From assembly GCA_965232515.1 (NCBI GenBank), contig CBDDPY010000002.1, positions 5,248,001-5,312,000 on the forward strand: a stretch of 64,000 bases of DNA. The letters run 5' to 3'. Of the stretch, positions 48,579 through 57,873 are shown piece by piece; position 1 is the first letter of the stretch; each line of letters starts with the position of its first letter. The position numbers and the translations under genes are program-made. The stretch comes from Alphaproteobacteria bacterium. GTDB taxonomy: Bacteria > Pseudomonadota > Alphaproteobacteria > GCA-2731375. The notes beneath the pieces are model-generated. The model made no database searches. It saw only the letters and a program-made list of their open reading frames with translations, and was not told the origin of the DNA.

Positions 48579-49925
48579 TCAGCGATCGGAATGCTCATCG
48601 CTCCGACTTCGAGAACGCGCGCGCTTCCAGCTCCTTGTCAGGTCGTCCTTCTGCGCGTTTGAAAGCGAACTCCGCTGGATATCAAACGGACGCACATCTC
48701 TTAGCGCTTGCTCGTGTGACCGGCGAACCTGCTCCCGCGTCTTTTCCGCCCGCAATCTCCCCAGCCGGCTTTTCAGATTCCGGTACCTGATTGCGGCCCG
48801 CTGAACCTTGCGCGACTGTCGGTCCGCAGCCTGCCGCTGCCTCTGGAACTGCTGTGCACCTGATTCGAGACGAAGCAGCTGATACGCCAGATAGACTTCG
48901 ATGCGCGGCACCGGTCCATTGATCCGCCGTATCATCTCAAGCGTCTCGCGCACATGCCTGCGCTGGTCTGCAAGTGACCGCGCCGTGCGCTGTAACCGAT
49001 CCTTATCTCTGCGAGCCCGCTGGCTCAGCTTGCCAAGTTCCTTGCCGGCATCCCGTGCACTCGACCAGGCCTGGGCAAGCTGCCGGTGATGAAGATGCAC
49101 TTCGACCAGCCGCGTGACCCGCGCACCTGAGTCCCGTCTGACCTTGTTGACCCATGCGATCTGCTGATTGCGCTGCGCCCTGGTACGACCCTGATCGGTC
49201 TTTTGGTAGTTGACCCGCCGCGCCTTGTTGTTCCAGCTGCGCCGGATAGCCTTGCCGGACCCCGGCTCATACCCGCGCTCGTGCATCCGGCGTGCCTTCG
49301 GTCCTTCGTGAATCTGCGCAATCTTTTCGATATCGCGGTCACGATAGCTGCGATGGTCCACGCGCACGGCATGCCCGGCGTCGCGAAGCACGTCGTTCTG
49401 ATATCGCGACCATGCCTCGCGCCACTGCCGGACGTTCTTGATCTCGTTCCATTCGCGCACCTTGTTGCCGAAGCCGTCCGGCGTGAGCTTCCGCATGGTC
49501 AGCATGACGTGTGCGTGGACGTTTCTTTTGTCGGTGTGTCCTTCGTGAATCGCGAAGTCGGCTACCATGCCCCGACTGACAAACTGATCGGTCACGTACT
49601 GGCGCAGTAGGGCCAGATTCTGCTCCTGGCTGAGCTGGTGTGGCAGGGCAAGCTCGACTTCGCGGGCAAGCTGGGCACGCGGGTGCTTTTCACAGGCCTC
49701 CACCGTATTCCAGAGCTTGTCTCGGTCGAAGACCCAGTCCGCGGCCCCGTCAGGGGCAAGGATCTGCGTGTGCAACACGCCGTGCCGACGGGAAAAGTCG
49801 CTGTAGCCGCCCTCATATCCGTTTGAGAGCTTTTCCCCGGCACGGTAGGCAGCGGCGGCTACCGCCGAGCGTCCCGCACTTCGTTTAATGATGCGGGTGT
49901 GCGAGTGGTAGTGCCCCTCCTTGAT
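48579..49925 (-). CDS. mobA: MOBQ (MobA/MobL) relaxase; start codon non-canonical
   Basis: Frame extends 5' of the called ORF: HYHSHTRIIKRSAGRSAVAAAAYRAGEKL; LWNTVE, AREVELALP, HEG..RNVHAHVMLT, RVDHRSY. Confidence 0.85.
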   Translation of the reverse strand: MKEGHYHSHTRIIKRSAGRSAVAAAAYRAGEKLSNGYEGGYSDFSRRHGVLHTQILAPDGAADWVFDRDKLWNTVEACEKHPRAQLAREVELALPHQLSQEQNLALLRQYVTDQFVSRGMVADFAIHEGHTDKRNVHAHVMLTMRKLTPDGFGNKVREWNEIKNVRQWREAWSRYQNDVLRDAGHAVRVDHRSYRDRDIEKIAQIHEGPKARRMHERGYEPGSGKAIRRSWNNKARRVNYQKTDQGRTRAQRNQQIAWVNKVRRDSGARVTRLVEVHLHHRQLAQAWSSARDAGKELGKLSQRARRDKDRLQRTARSLADQRRHVRETLEMIRRINGPVPRIEVYLAYQLLRLESGAQQFQRQRQAADRQSRKVQRAAIRYRNLKSRLGRLRAEKTREQVRRSHEQALRDVRPFDIQRSSLSNAQKDDLTRSWKRARSRSRSDEHSDR

Positions 49926-49952
49926 TGCCGCTGCCTCCTTCCCGGCGCCGCA

Positions 49953-49980
49953 ACAAGTCGCAGACTTGTATCAGTGCGCC
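49953..49980 (+). other. MOBQ-type origin of transfer (oriT)
   Basis: Hairpin ACAAGTC-GCA-GACTTGT followed by ATCAGTGCGCC, resembling the RSF1010-type nic core TAAGTGCGCC; immediately upstream of the relaxase. Confidence 0.72.
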
Positions 49981-50586
49981 GTTAAACCCGGTCTGTTTAC
50001 TTATGGAGGCGCGTACAAACTTGTTCGTTTGCACATTTTGACACGGTATTCGATTTTCACGTATTTTTCAATTTGTCAGTAAACTTTCATATTTTTACTG
50101 ACGTTACCAAATATATGCATTCCGCACAGGACAAAAATATTTTCGGAGCGGAATATGCTGAAGAAGTCTCCACCATTCAGATCGGCGCAGCCATCGATCA
50201 TTGGAGCGTCACAACCGCCCCATAAGCATCCGACGCAGCATTTCCTCTGAAGCCCCTTCTACTCCTTTGCTTCACTTCCGAAGCCATCACTTAACCTGAC
50301 ACCTGTCACGTCCTGCCAAGTCCGCTGCCCGCACCGGAAAGGGTTGCGAACGGCATGACAGCTCCTTGCGGTTTCAAAGACCGCTCATGTCCTTCGGGAC
50401 GTTGAAACAAAGGAGATAGAGGTATGAGTCTTTTTAGAGGAACCTGCGGCCTGACCGGCCTGCTCATTCGGGCGGCGGTGATCTGCTTCACCTTCGATGT
50501 CGTTGTCGGCGTCGATACATCGTGGTTCGCATGCAGCTGTCAGCTGCTCGGCAACGAAGAAGCGTCGGCTTCAAGCTGACGCCCGC

Positions 50587-50619
50587 TCAAAACATCCCGC
50601 CCTTCGGGCGGGATTTTGA
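50587..50619. terminator. Bidirectional intrinsic terminator after yhaN-like gene
   Basis: AAAAC-ATCCCGCCC-TTC-GGGCGGGAT-TTT. Confidence 0.7.
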
Positions 50620-50633
50620 AGCTCAACTCAACC

Positions 50634-53600
50634 CTACGCCGCCGCCACCGCCGCCTGCTCGTTCAACGACACACAGCTGACGGAAGCCCCGAGCGTTGCC
50701 TGTGCGATATCCACGAGATGCTGATGGTGTGTGAAAAACAGCACCTGCGTCTTCTCGGCCAGCTGCCCCAATAGCCGAAACCCGGCTGCCGCCCGGTCAT
50801 CATCGAAGTTGATGAACAGGTCGTCGGCGACGAACGGCAGCGCATCGGCCCGCTCAAGATAGTCCTCGATGGAAGCTACCCGCAGCGCGAGGTAGAGCTG
50901 ATCTCTGGAGCCCGTGCTCATACCGGATACTGATACAACGCTGACATCCGGCCGCACCCCGGTGAGATGGGCATTGTCCTGGTCGTCAAATTCCACGCGC
51001 AGGCTGGCGAACGAACCGCCGGTCACGAGCTGAAACAGCTCCCCGGCGCGCTTGAGCAAGGGCGCCTGCTTTTCCCGGCGGTAGCGGTCAATGGCCCATT
51101 GCAGCAACATGGCGGACGTTTTGACCCGGACGTACCGCTCGGCCACCTCGCCCATTTCAGCAAGCGCTTCTTCCTTGGCTGCGGCAGCCTTGGCGGCGGC
51201 ATCATCGCCGCCGATCGCCTGATATGCCTGCCGAGCCTGCGAGCGAATTTCACCTGCCTCGCCCTGCTGTGTTCTCAAGTCCTTCAATTCGGCATCCAGC
51301 GATTCTTCCTGCGCCGTCACTTCATCGATGACCAGCCCCTCGCACTCGGCTTCAAGCTCTTCAACGGTCTTGCCATCACCATCCTGCTGAAGCTTGTCGA
51401 TGATCTCTTGCCGTTCCTTTCGAAGCGCCCCTTGATTGTCGGACCGTTCGATCGCCGCCTTCAGCTGCGCGTTCTCATCAACGCCTGCGGTCTGCTTGAG
51501 GTGGGAGATGGAAGCCGCCAGCTCCCGCCGCCGACCTTCAAGGGTCTCGATCTGCTCTCTTAGCCCTTCCACGTCCTCGTCCTGCTTTTCCCGCAGACCC
51601 TGAATCCGCTCGGCCTTGTTAAGCCGCGTCTCCAACGTGGCCACGGCATCATCCGGGCCTGCATCAACTAGGTTCGACGCAACAACGGTAACCAGCTCGC
51701 CGACCACTTTCTCGAAGTCGGCAATGTCGCTTTGAATCTTCTCGATGCGGTCGTGCCGCAGTGAGCTGATCCGACCGGCTGTTTCGCGCATCTGGTCGAT
51801 AATGCCGATCTGCGCATCGACGGCTTCGGCGGCGGTATCGGCGGCAAGCCCGAGATCACCAAGCGCGGCAGCCCATTTCTTCTGCCATTCACCCAGCGCC
51901 TTTTCTGCCGCTTCAAGGTCCCGCTCCCGACGCGAAACAAGCTTGTCTGCTTCGGCGATATCCTCTTCGAGCTGGGTCTTCTTATCGGCCTCCGCCTGCC
52001 GAACCCGCAGCTCTTCCGCCGCCCGTTCGACGACAGTGTTCAGCCCATCCTTTTCCAGCGAAGCGATATCAACGCCCAGCGCTGCCAACTCACCAAGCAG
52101 CTGCTGCCGCGCCGCCTGCTCCTCACCACGAGCGGCCTCCAGCGCGCTTTGAGCTTCTTCCCGCACTTCGATGGCCTCTATCACCTCATCGCGGTCCTCA
52201 AGCCATTCCAACATGGTCTCAGGCGCTTCCGGCTCAAACGGCGCCGCAGTCCACAGCGCCGCCCAATCAGCCTTCAGCTGCCTGCCTTCCTCTACAAGCT
52301 TCGTCTCGTTTTCCTGCACCTGCTCGAGATGGGTTTCCTGCTCACCGATCTTGCGCTTGATCTCGGCGATGCGCCCGGCCGCTTCGGCATGGTCGAAGCG
52401 CCGGTCCGCCAGCTCGTCGGCCCTGACGACGGCGGGTTCAAAGGCACCTGCCAAGTCCTCGATCTCATTTTTGTACTGTGCAGCCTGGTCCGCCGGAATC
52501 GGCTGGCCCTCGATATGGTTGAGCTTCACCAGCTGCCATACGGCATCCCGACGCCCGCGTGCGTCTTTCAGCTCTTCGGCGGTAACCACCTGCTCGTCGC
52601 GTACGGCCCGCTCAAGGGCTGTAAGGGCACCGTCCAGCTCCTGCTGAACGGATGCAGCCTGCTGCTGCGTTTCCTTCAGCCGCCGCTGCCAGTCATCCTG
52701 CTTTTCATGTTGGGCCTGCACCTTCGCCCGAGCCGGCACGGTCATCTCCGTCAGCGCCGGTTCATCTTCAACACCGGGGTCGAGCGCACCAAGCCGCCGG
52801 CTTACCCGACCCCTGGCGTTCTTCAATCCCTCATCCGCAGCACGTACCCGCCCGGCAATGTCTCCCTGCTCGCGGACGGTCTTCAGGGCAATGGCCAGCC
52901 GGGACACGTCGGCAGGCTCACCGGTCTCGGCAAGCTCGTCCTTCAGTCCCACATGCTCTTCTTTCGCTTCTGCTAGCAACTGGGCCTTGCTGCCAACATC
53001 ACTCTCCAACTCACCCTTTTGATTCAGAAGAGACCGCACGACACTGACCTTCGGCCGCGGCGGAATGCGCTCGATCAGAGCAGCTGAATCTTCATCCCGC
53101 CAGCCAAGCTCGGCGGCATCGCCTTTCAGCTCGTTTTCAGCGGCATGAAGCTCGGCCTCGCGCTTGGGCAGGTCTGCCTTTTCACCGCGAATCTCGATAC
53201 GCCGCTCGCACACCTGGCGCACATCCGCTGCCCGCTGGATGATGGTCTCGTCGAATGTCAGCTTTCCCAGCGCCTCTTTGGCGCCCTGTAACTGCTCCTT
53301 CAACGTGCCGATACGTGCGTCTATCCCAGCGTCCTTACGCTCCGCCTCGACGACAAGCTCGGCTGCATCCTCGGGGAGGGCGATGACGTCCCCAAGGGCA
53401 TCAATTAGCCCGTCCAGCTCTTGCTTGCGCCGCACATCGCGAAACACCCGCCGTATCCGGCTCAGGCGGTTGCGCGTGGTCGTCGCTTCACTGATCGCCT
53501 CATCAATTTCGCCGTAAGCCTCTTCGGCCTCTTCATAGGTCTTCTTCAGCTCCCGCCATTTTGCGGCGCTGAGGGTGTGCTCGCGCAGCTCCTTCGTGGC

Positions 53601-54185
53601 CTCGCCAAGCTTGTCTTCGGCGATGTAGAACTTGCGGTGCTTGGCCCGCCGCGCGCTCCAAAGGTCATCCGCCTCGTCCGCAAGCTGGGTCAAGCGCTCC
53701 CGCAATCCCCCGATACCGGCACCGGCGGCGAACAGCGCCTGGCCGACGTCGTCCTTGGCCTCCAGGATTTCCCGGCCGCCGGCTTCAAGGCGTGTGTGAT
53801 CAAGGCAGAACATGCGCTCGAAGAACGTGCGATCGGCCCCGGCAAGGTAAGGCCGCAACACGCCTTCTCCGCCGGGAACAGGCGTGCCCTGCGGCCCCAG
53901 CAGCGTGTCCTTGTTGCCTTTGCGGCGCAGCACCTCCAGCGTATCCGCGCCGTTTTCCAGAACGGCGCCGATGCGCATGTCCTTGTAGTCATGCAGGAAG
54001 CCGTAGGGCGAGTGCATGGGGATGTCGAACAGAAGATCCTCGATCGCGGAGAGCGCCGTGGACTTACCGGCCTCGTTCGGCCCGAAGACGATGTGGAAGT
54101 CGGACTTGCCGGCAGGCAGCTCAAGCGACCTGTCGGTGAAGTGGCCGTAGCGCAGCAGATCAAGACGTCTTACCCGCACGCTCAA
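50634..54185 (-). CDS. YhaN/SbcC-like AAA coiled-coil ATPase
   Basis: LLRYGHF, Walker A GPNEAGKST, long coiled coil, MSTGSRDQLYLALR, ADDLFINFDD, FFTHH. Confidence 0.9.
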   Translation of the reverse strand: MSVRVRRLDLLRYGHFTDRSLELPAGKSDFHIVFGPNEAGKSTALSAIEDLLFDIPMHSPYGFLHDYKDMRIGAVLENGADTLEVLRRKGNKDTLLGPQGTPVPGGEGVLRPYLAGADRTFFERMFCLDHTRLEAGGREILEAKDDVGQALFAAGAGIGGLRERLTQLADEADDLWSARRAKHRKFYIAEDKLGEATKELREHTLSAAKWRELKKTYEEAEEAYGEIDEAISEATTTRNRLSRIRRVFRDVRRKQELDGLIDALGDVIALPEDAAELVVEAERKDAGIDARIGTLKEQLQGAKEALGKLTFDETIIQRAADVRQVCERRIEIRGEKADLPKREAELHAAENELKGDAAELGWRDEDSAALIERIPPRPKVSVVRSLLNQKGELESDVGSKAQLLAEAKEEHVGLKDELAETGEPADVSRLAIALKTVREQGDIAGRVRAADEGLKNARGRVSRRLGALDPGVEDEPALTEMTVPARAKVQAQHEKQDDWQRRLKETQQQAASVQQELDGALTALERAVRDEQVVTAEELKDARGRRDAVWQLVKLNHIEGQPIPADQAAQYKNEIEDLAGAFEPAVVRADELADRRFDHAEAAGRIAEIKRKIGEQETHLEQVQENETKLVEEGRQLKADWAALWTAAPFEPEAPETMLEWLEDRDEVIEAIEVREEAQSALEAARGEEQAARQQLLGELAALGVDIASLEKDGLNTVVERAAEELRVRQAEADKKTQLEEDIAEADKLVSRRERDLEAAEKALGEWQKKWAAALGDLGLAADTAAEAVDAQIGIIDQMRETAGRISSLRHDRIEKIQSDIADFEKVVGELVTVVASNLVDAGPDDAVATLETRLNKAERIQGLREKQDEDVEGLREQIETLEGRRRELAASISHLKQTAGVDENAQLKAAIERSDNQGALRKERQEIIDKLQQDGDGKTVEELEAECEGLVIDEVTAQEESLDAELKDLRTQQGEAGEIRSQARQAYQAIGGDDAAAKAAAAKEEALAEMGEVAERYVRVKTSAMLLQWAIDRYRREKQAPLLKRAGELFQLVTGGSFASLRVEFDDQDNAHLTGVRPDVSVVSVSGMSTGSRDQLYLALRVASIEDYLERADALPFVADDLFINFDDDRAAAGFRLLGQLAEKTQVLFFTHHQHLVDIAQATLGASVSCVSLNEQAAVAAA

Positions 54186-55456
54186 TCCTCCTGCGCTGTG
54201 AGCCGTGCGGACAGATAGGGCGAGACCTCGGTCATAAGCGCGGCATAGTCACCGTCAATAGCGGCCTTTAGGATACTGTCGTCAATATCGCCGCGCACTT
54301 CGTGGGGCAGCTGGCGCACGAGCTTGCCGATGTCGTCCTCTATCTGCGCCAGCAGGGCCGTATCGCCACTCGCCTCCTGCAACAGCCGCTGTAGTTCACC
54401 GATGGCGTCTTCGCGCTGGGCCAGGGTATGCGCATCGCTTTCCGGCTCGGTGTTGATGACCACCTTCTCCACCCAGGCAACTTCATCACCAAGGCCAAGC
54501 GCACCGGCACGGGCGTCGGCCAGCAGCCGGTCTTCGGACGCGACAAGCTGATCGTGAACGACCGTGCGTGCTTCAAGCTGGATGCGGCAGGCCAGAAGCC
54601 GCCCGTCGGCCTCATTGGCGACGGCGGACGCCACGGCATCGCGGATGCGATCGGTCACATCACCGACGTTATCGATATCCTTGAGAGAAACGGACAGGAC
54701 CGCCCAACGCACCACGTCACAGGGTACTGTCGTCAACTCAACGATTTCACCGTCTTCCACAGTGACGAGAGCTGCTCCCTTGGCCCCAGTCTCCCGCGCG
54801 TGCCGGCCCTGAAGATTGCCGGGGAAGACGACATGGGGCTTTTCGCGCAACACGCTTGCCTGATGCACGTGTCCCAGCGCCCAGTAGTCGTAGCCCTTGT
54901 TGGTCAGGTCTTCGAGTGCGCACGGGGCGTAGTTTTCATGGCCGCCCATGCCGCCAAGGCCCGTGTGCAGCACACCGATGTTGAAGGCCCCCGAAACCGG
55001 GCCGGGATAGTCGGGCACAAGGTTGTCGGTAACATCGCGCTGCCGGAAGCTCTGTCCGTGCAGCGCGACCTTCAGCTCGTCGAGCGCAAAGGTATCCGGC
55101 TTGCGCGTGCCGAAGACATGCACGTTTTCGGGCAGGTCGAGCCGCCGGGTGATCTGGCTTGCGGCATCATGGTTGCCGTGCAGCAGGTAGACCGGGATAC
55201 CTTCCTTATTGAGCCGCCCCATCTGGGCGGCGAAGAACAGCCCGGTCTTATAGTCGCGCCAGTCTCCGTCATACAGGTCACCGGCGATGATCAGGAAATC
55301 GAGGTTTTCCTCGACCACCAGCCCGACAAGCGTATCCAGTGCCTCACGGGTCGCCGTGCGCACCCGTTCGACGAGGTTGCCTTCTTGGCTGGCAAGGCCC
55401 CTGAGCGGGCTGTCGAGATGAATGTCGGCGGCATGCAGAAAGCGGAAGGATGTCAT
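54182..55456 (-). CDS. YhaO/SbcD-like (Mre11) metallophosphoesterase nuclease
   Basis: HAADIHLD, AGDLYD, GNHD, LHT, YWALGHVH, PGNLQGR. Confidence 0.9.
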   Translation of the reverse strand: MTSFRFLHAADIHLDSPLRGLASQEGNLVERVRTATREALDTLVGLVVEENLDFLIIAGDLYDGDWRDYKTGLFFAAQMGRLNKEGIPVYLLHGNHDAASQITRRLDLPENVHVFGTRKPDTFALDELKVALHGQSFRQRDVTDNLVPDYPGPVSGAFNIGVLHTGLGGMGGHENYAPCALEDLTNKGYDYWALGHVHQASVLREKPHVVFPGNLQGRHARETGAKGAALVTVEDGEIVELTTVPCDVVRWAVLSVSLKDIDNVGDVTDRIRDAVASAVANEADGRLLACRIQLEARTVVHDQLVASEDRLLADARAGALGLGDEVAWVEKVVINTEPESDAHTLAQREDAIGELQRLLQEASGDTALLAQIEDDIGKLVRQLPHEVRGDIDDSILKAAIDGDYAALMTEVSPYLSARLTAQED

Positions 55457-55554
55457 TACATCCTCCTGTTCATTTGCTTGTTTATTGCCGCATTAGTTCG
55501 TCTCATACGAGCACGGTACCAGTCGATGCGATATAGCAGCAAGAAAAAGGCGGC

Positions 55555-56460
55555 CTATGCGGCCGCCTCCGTCGTCTCCTGCAAGCCGTCGAGATAATCG
55601 ACCGCCTGACTGGCCTTGCAGGCGGCGGTGAAGATCGCCTTCTTATCGCCCTTCATGATCCGCAGCCAGTGGTCGATGTAGGCGGCGTGATCATCACGCG
55701 GCGTCGCCGTGATACCGAGCGCTGCACATAGAAAAGCTGAACCAAGCTCGGCCACCAGTTCCTCGGCTGCATAGGCGCCGTCGCCGAAGCGCTTGCCGAA
55801 TTGCCGGTCACAGCGCTTGAGCGGTCCGGTCCAGTGCGTCAGCTCGTGAAGCAATGTGCCGTAGTAAGCTTCGGTTGCGCTGCTGCTGTCAGACCCGACG
55901 AATCGCTCGCGGTCGGGCAGCTGGATGAAATCATCGCCCGGACGATAGAACGCCCGCGTCCCGCCATGACGGATGTCGGCGCCGGTGCTCCGCACGAAGC
56001 TCTCGGCATTCTCGTCGATCTCCACCGGGTCCTTCGGCTCGGGCAGATCGACCTCGTAGCCGTCGACCTGATCGGTGTTGAAGACCCGGCTTGCGCGGGC
56101 GAACAACCGCTTGCCATTTACGACTTCGCCGTCGTCGTTTTCGCCTTCGATCTCGAACTCCTTGTAGAAGACGACGAGAGAGGATTTCTCACCCTTGCGG
56201 ACCTGGCAGGCCATATTTTGCCACTGACGATAGGTGCCCCACGTGCCGGACGAAAAGCCGCGGACCTCGGACGCTGCCCACAGGGCCACGATGTTGACGC
56301 CGCGATAGTGGTTGCCGGTGTCGATGTTGACAGGGCGGTTGAGGCCGCTGCCCGCGCGGTGCCACGGCATCTGCCACTGGCCTGCGCCGTTTTCGATGGC
56401 GGCGATGATGGTATCGGTCACCTGCTGGTAGACGTCGGTGCGATTGGTTGCACTCATCAT
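55555..56460 (-). CDS. ardC: ArdC-family antirestriction / ssDNA-binding protein
   Basis: YQQVTDTII, MPW, YRGVN, WGTYRQW, VRKGEK, LLHELTHWTG, YAAEELVAELGSAFLC. Confidence 0.9.
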   Translation of the reverse strand: MMSATNRTDVYQQVTDTIIAAIENGAGQWQMPWHRAGSGLNRPVNIDTGNHYRGVNIVALWAASEVRGFSSGTWGTYRQWQNMACQVRKGEKSSLVVFYKEFEIEGENDDGEVVNGKRLFARASRVFNTDQVDGYEVDLPEPKDPVEIDENAESFVRSTGADIRHGGTRAFYRPGDDFIQLPDRERFVGSDSSSATEAYYGTLLHELTHWTGPLKRCDRQFGKRFGDGAYAAEELVAELGSAFLCAALGITATPRDDHAAYIDHWLRIMKGDKKAIFTAACKASQAVDYLDGLQETTEAAA

Positions 56461-57375
56461 TCTCTCCTTGCCGTTGCTCCGGCCGCCCCATGCGGCCTTC
56501 TGACGGCAACCGGAGAGACGACGGCTCAGCCGGGCGGCAACACCCGAAGGGCCGCAACGGAGTGGAGGATTGGCGTAGACCGCCTTTTTGGAGCGCAGCG
56601 ATCGCGAGGAAGGTCGAAGGCCGGGGAAAAAGGCGCACGAAGCCTATTGCGCCGAACGGCGCCGGCGTCAGGTTTGCCGATTTGAAGAAGGACGCGGGGC
56701 GTGCTGGGTCAGTGAACGCATGGTTGGAGAGCCAGCGCCCAATTCGTCACGATCGACGAAGAAGAAGGGCCGGAATTAGTCGCATGTCCGATCGATATTC
56801 AGGAGATGGTCATTGCCTGGGACGGTCCGTCCCGACCACAGCGATCAAATACCGACGACCGGTACAAATGGCTCGACGGGGCCTGACGACAAATCCCCCG
56901 CTGGACGGGGGCAAATGCAGCCGACTCCAATAAGACTCGCTTTGCACAGGTTCCCAATGTTCTGGTAACCGGTCCAGGTGGTGCCGCAGAATGCGTAGGT
57001 CGTACCATTTTCTTCAATCTGCCCCATCTGCCTGTCCCAGAAAAGAAAGCTTTCCCGGTCCTGGTTAGAGAAGATGGTGTGGCCGCCTGTCGAACATTCG
57101 CCGGGATTGTCACCTCGGAGCTGGGATCCAATACACCAGTCATTGTCAGCACCAGTACACCCCGTGCTTGCACAGGTTTGGGACGACGTTCTGGACCAAC
57201 TCTGATAATGAGTTCGCATTTGTCAATGACAGACGCGTAGCGTTCTTGGGCACTGGCGACGAAAATCAGCAGGGTATCTATATCGAAAACGGAGACACGC
57301 TCGAGAGATTGATCGAGAAGTCTATGGAGCTGGACAACAAAATTATCTCGGATCGTATGTTTCGTGGTTTGACGC

Positions 57376-57546
57376 CACATCGTTTGGTTCGCCCCCGACC
57401 GCGAAAACGAGCCCTGGACCCGTATCGGAGCGCAGTGGCCGCCGAAGAACGGCAAAGGCTTCCGGCAGGTGCTCAACGTCATCCCGATCGCGCCGGGTCG
57501 GATCTTCGTCCGCCCCAACGAGCCGAACACCGGAGCAGCCGCTTGA
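57376..57546 (+). pseudogene. Remnant paralogue of the small protein at 60714-60959
   Basis: HIVWFAPDRENEPWTRIGAQWPPKNGKGFRQVLNVIP aligns with FIVFHVEE...WNRIGAAWMHEDGNGLNVQLKAMP; no evident start. Confidence 0.55.
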
Positions 57547-57873
57547 GGCGGCTCCACAACTCCGGAGGACCACGCCATGAGCCTCAAGGACACCTTCCGC
57601 CAACTCGCCCAATCGTCCTGATCCGGAACTGCAAATGGAACGGCGTGCGGATCGAAATCCGCTACCGTCCCTGCTGTTACTCTGTTTCCTCGAGATTAAC
57701 GGAAAGTCATATCGCCTCGCCCAGAGCAAAGCACGTAAACTGGGCTGACGACCCCCCAGAAATAAAGGAGGCACGGGTGCGCTCTAAACTCTTGCGGTCA
57801 GCGCGCCCTTAGCGCCGGCTGCAACGACGCGCCTCGCAATGGCCGGAAATCAGGGTGCCCAGATGGTCGGGTT

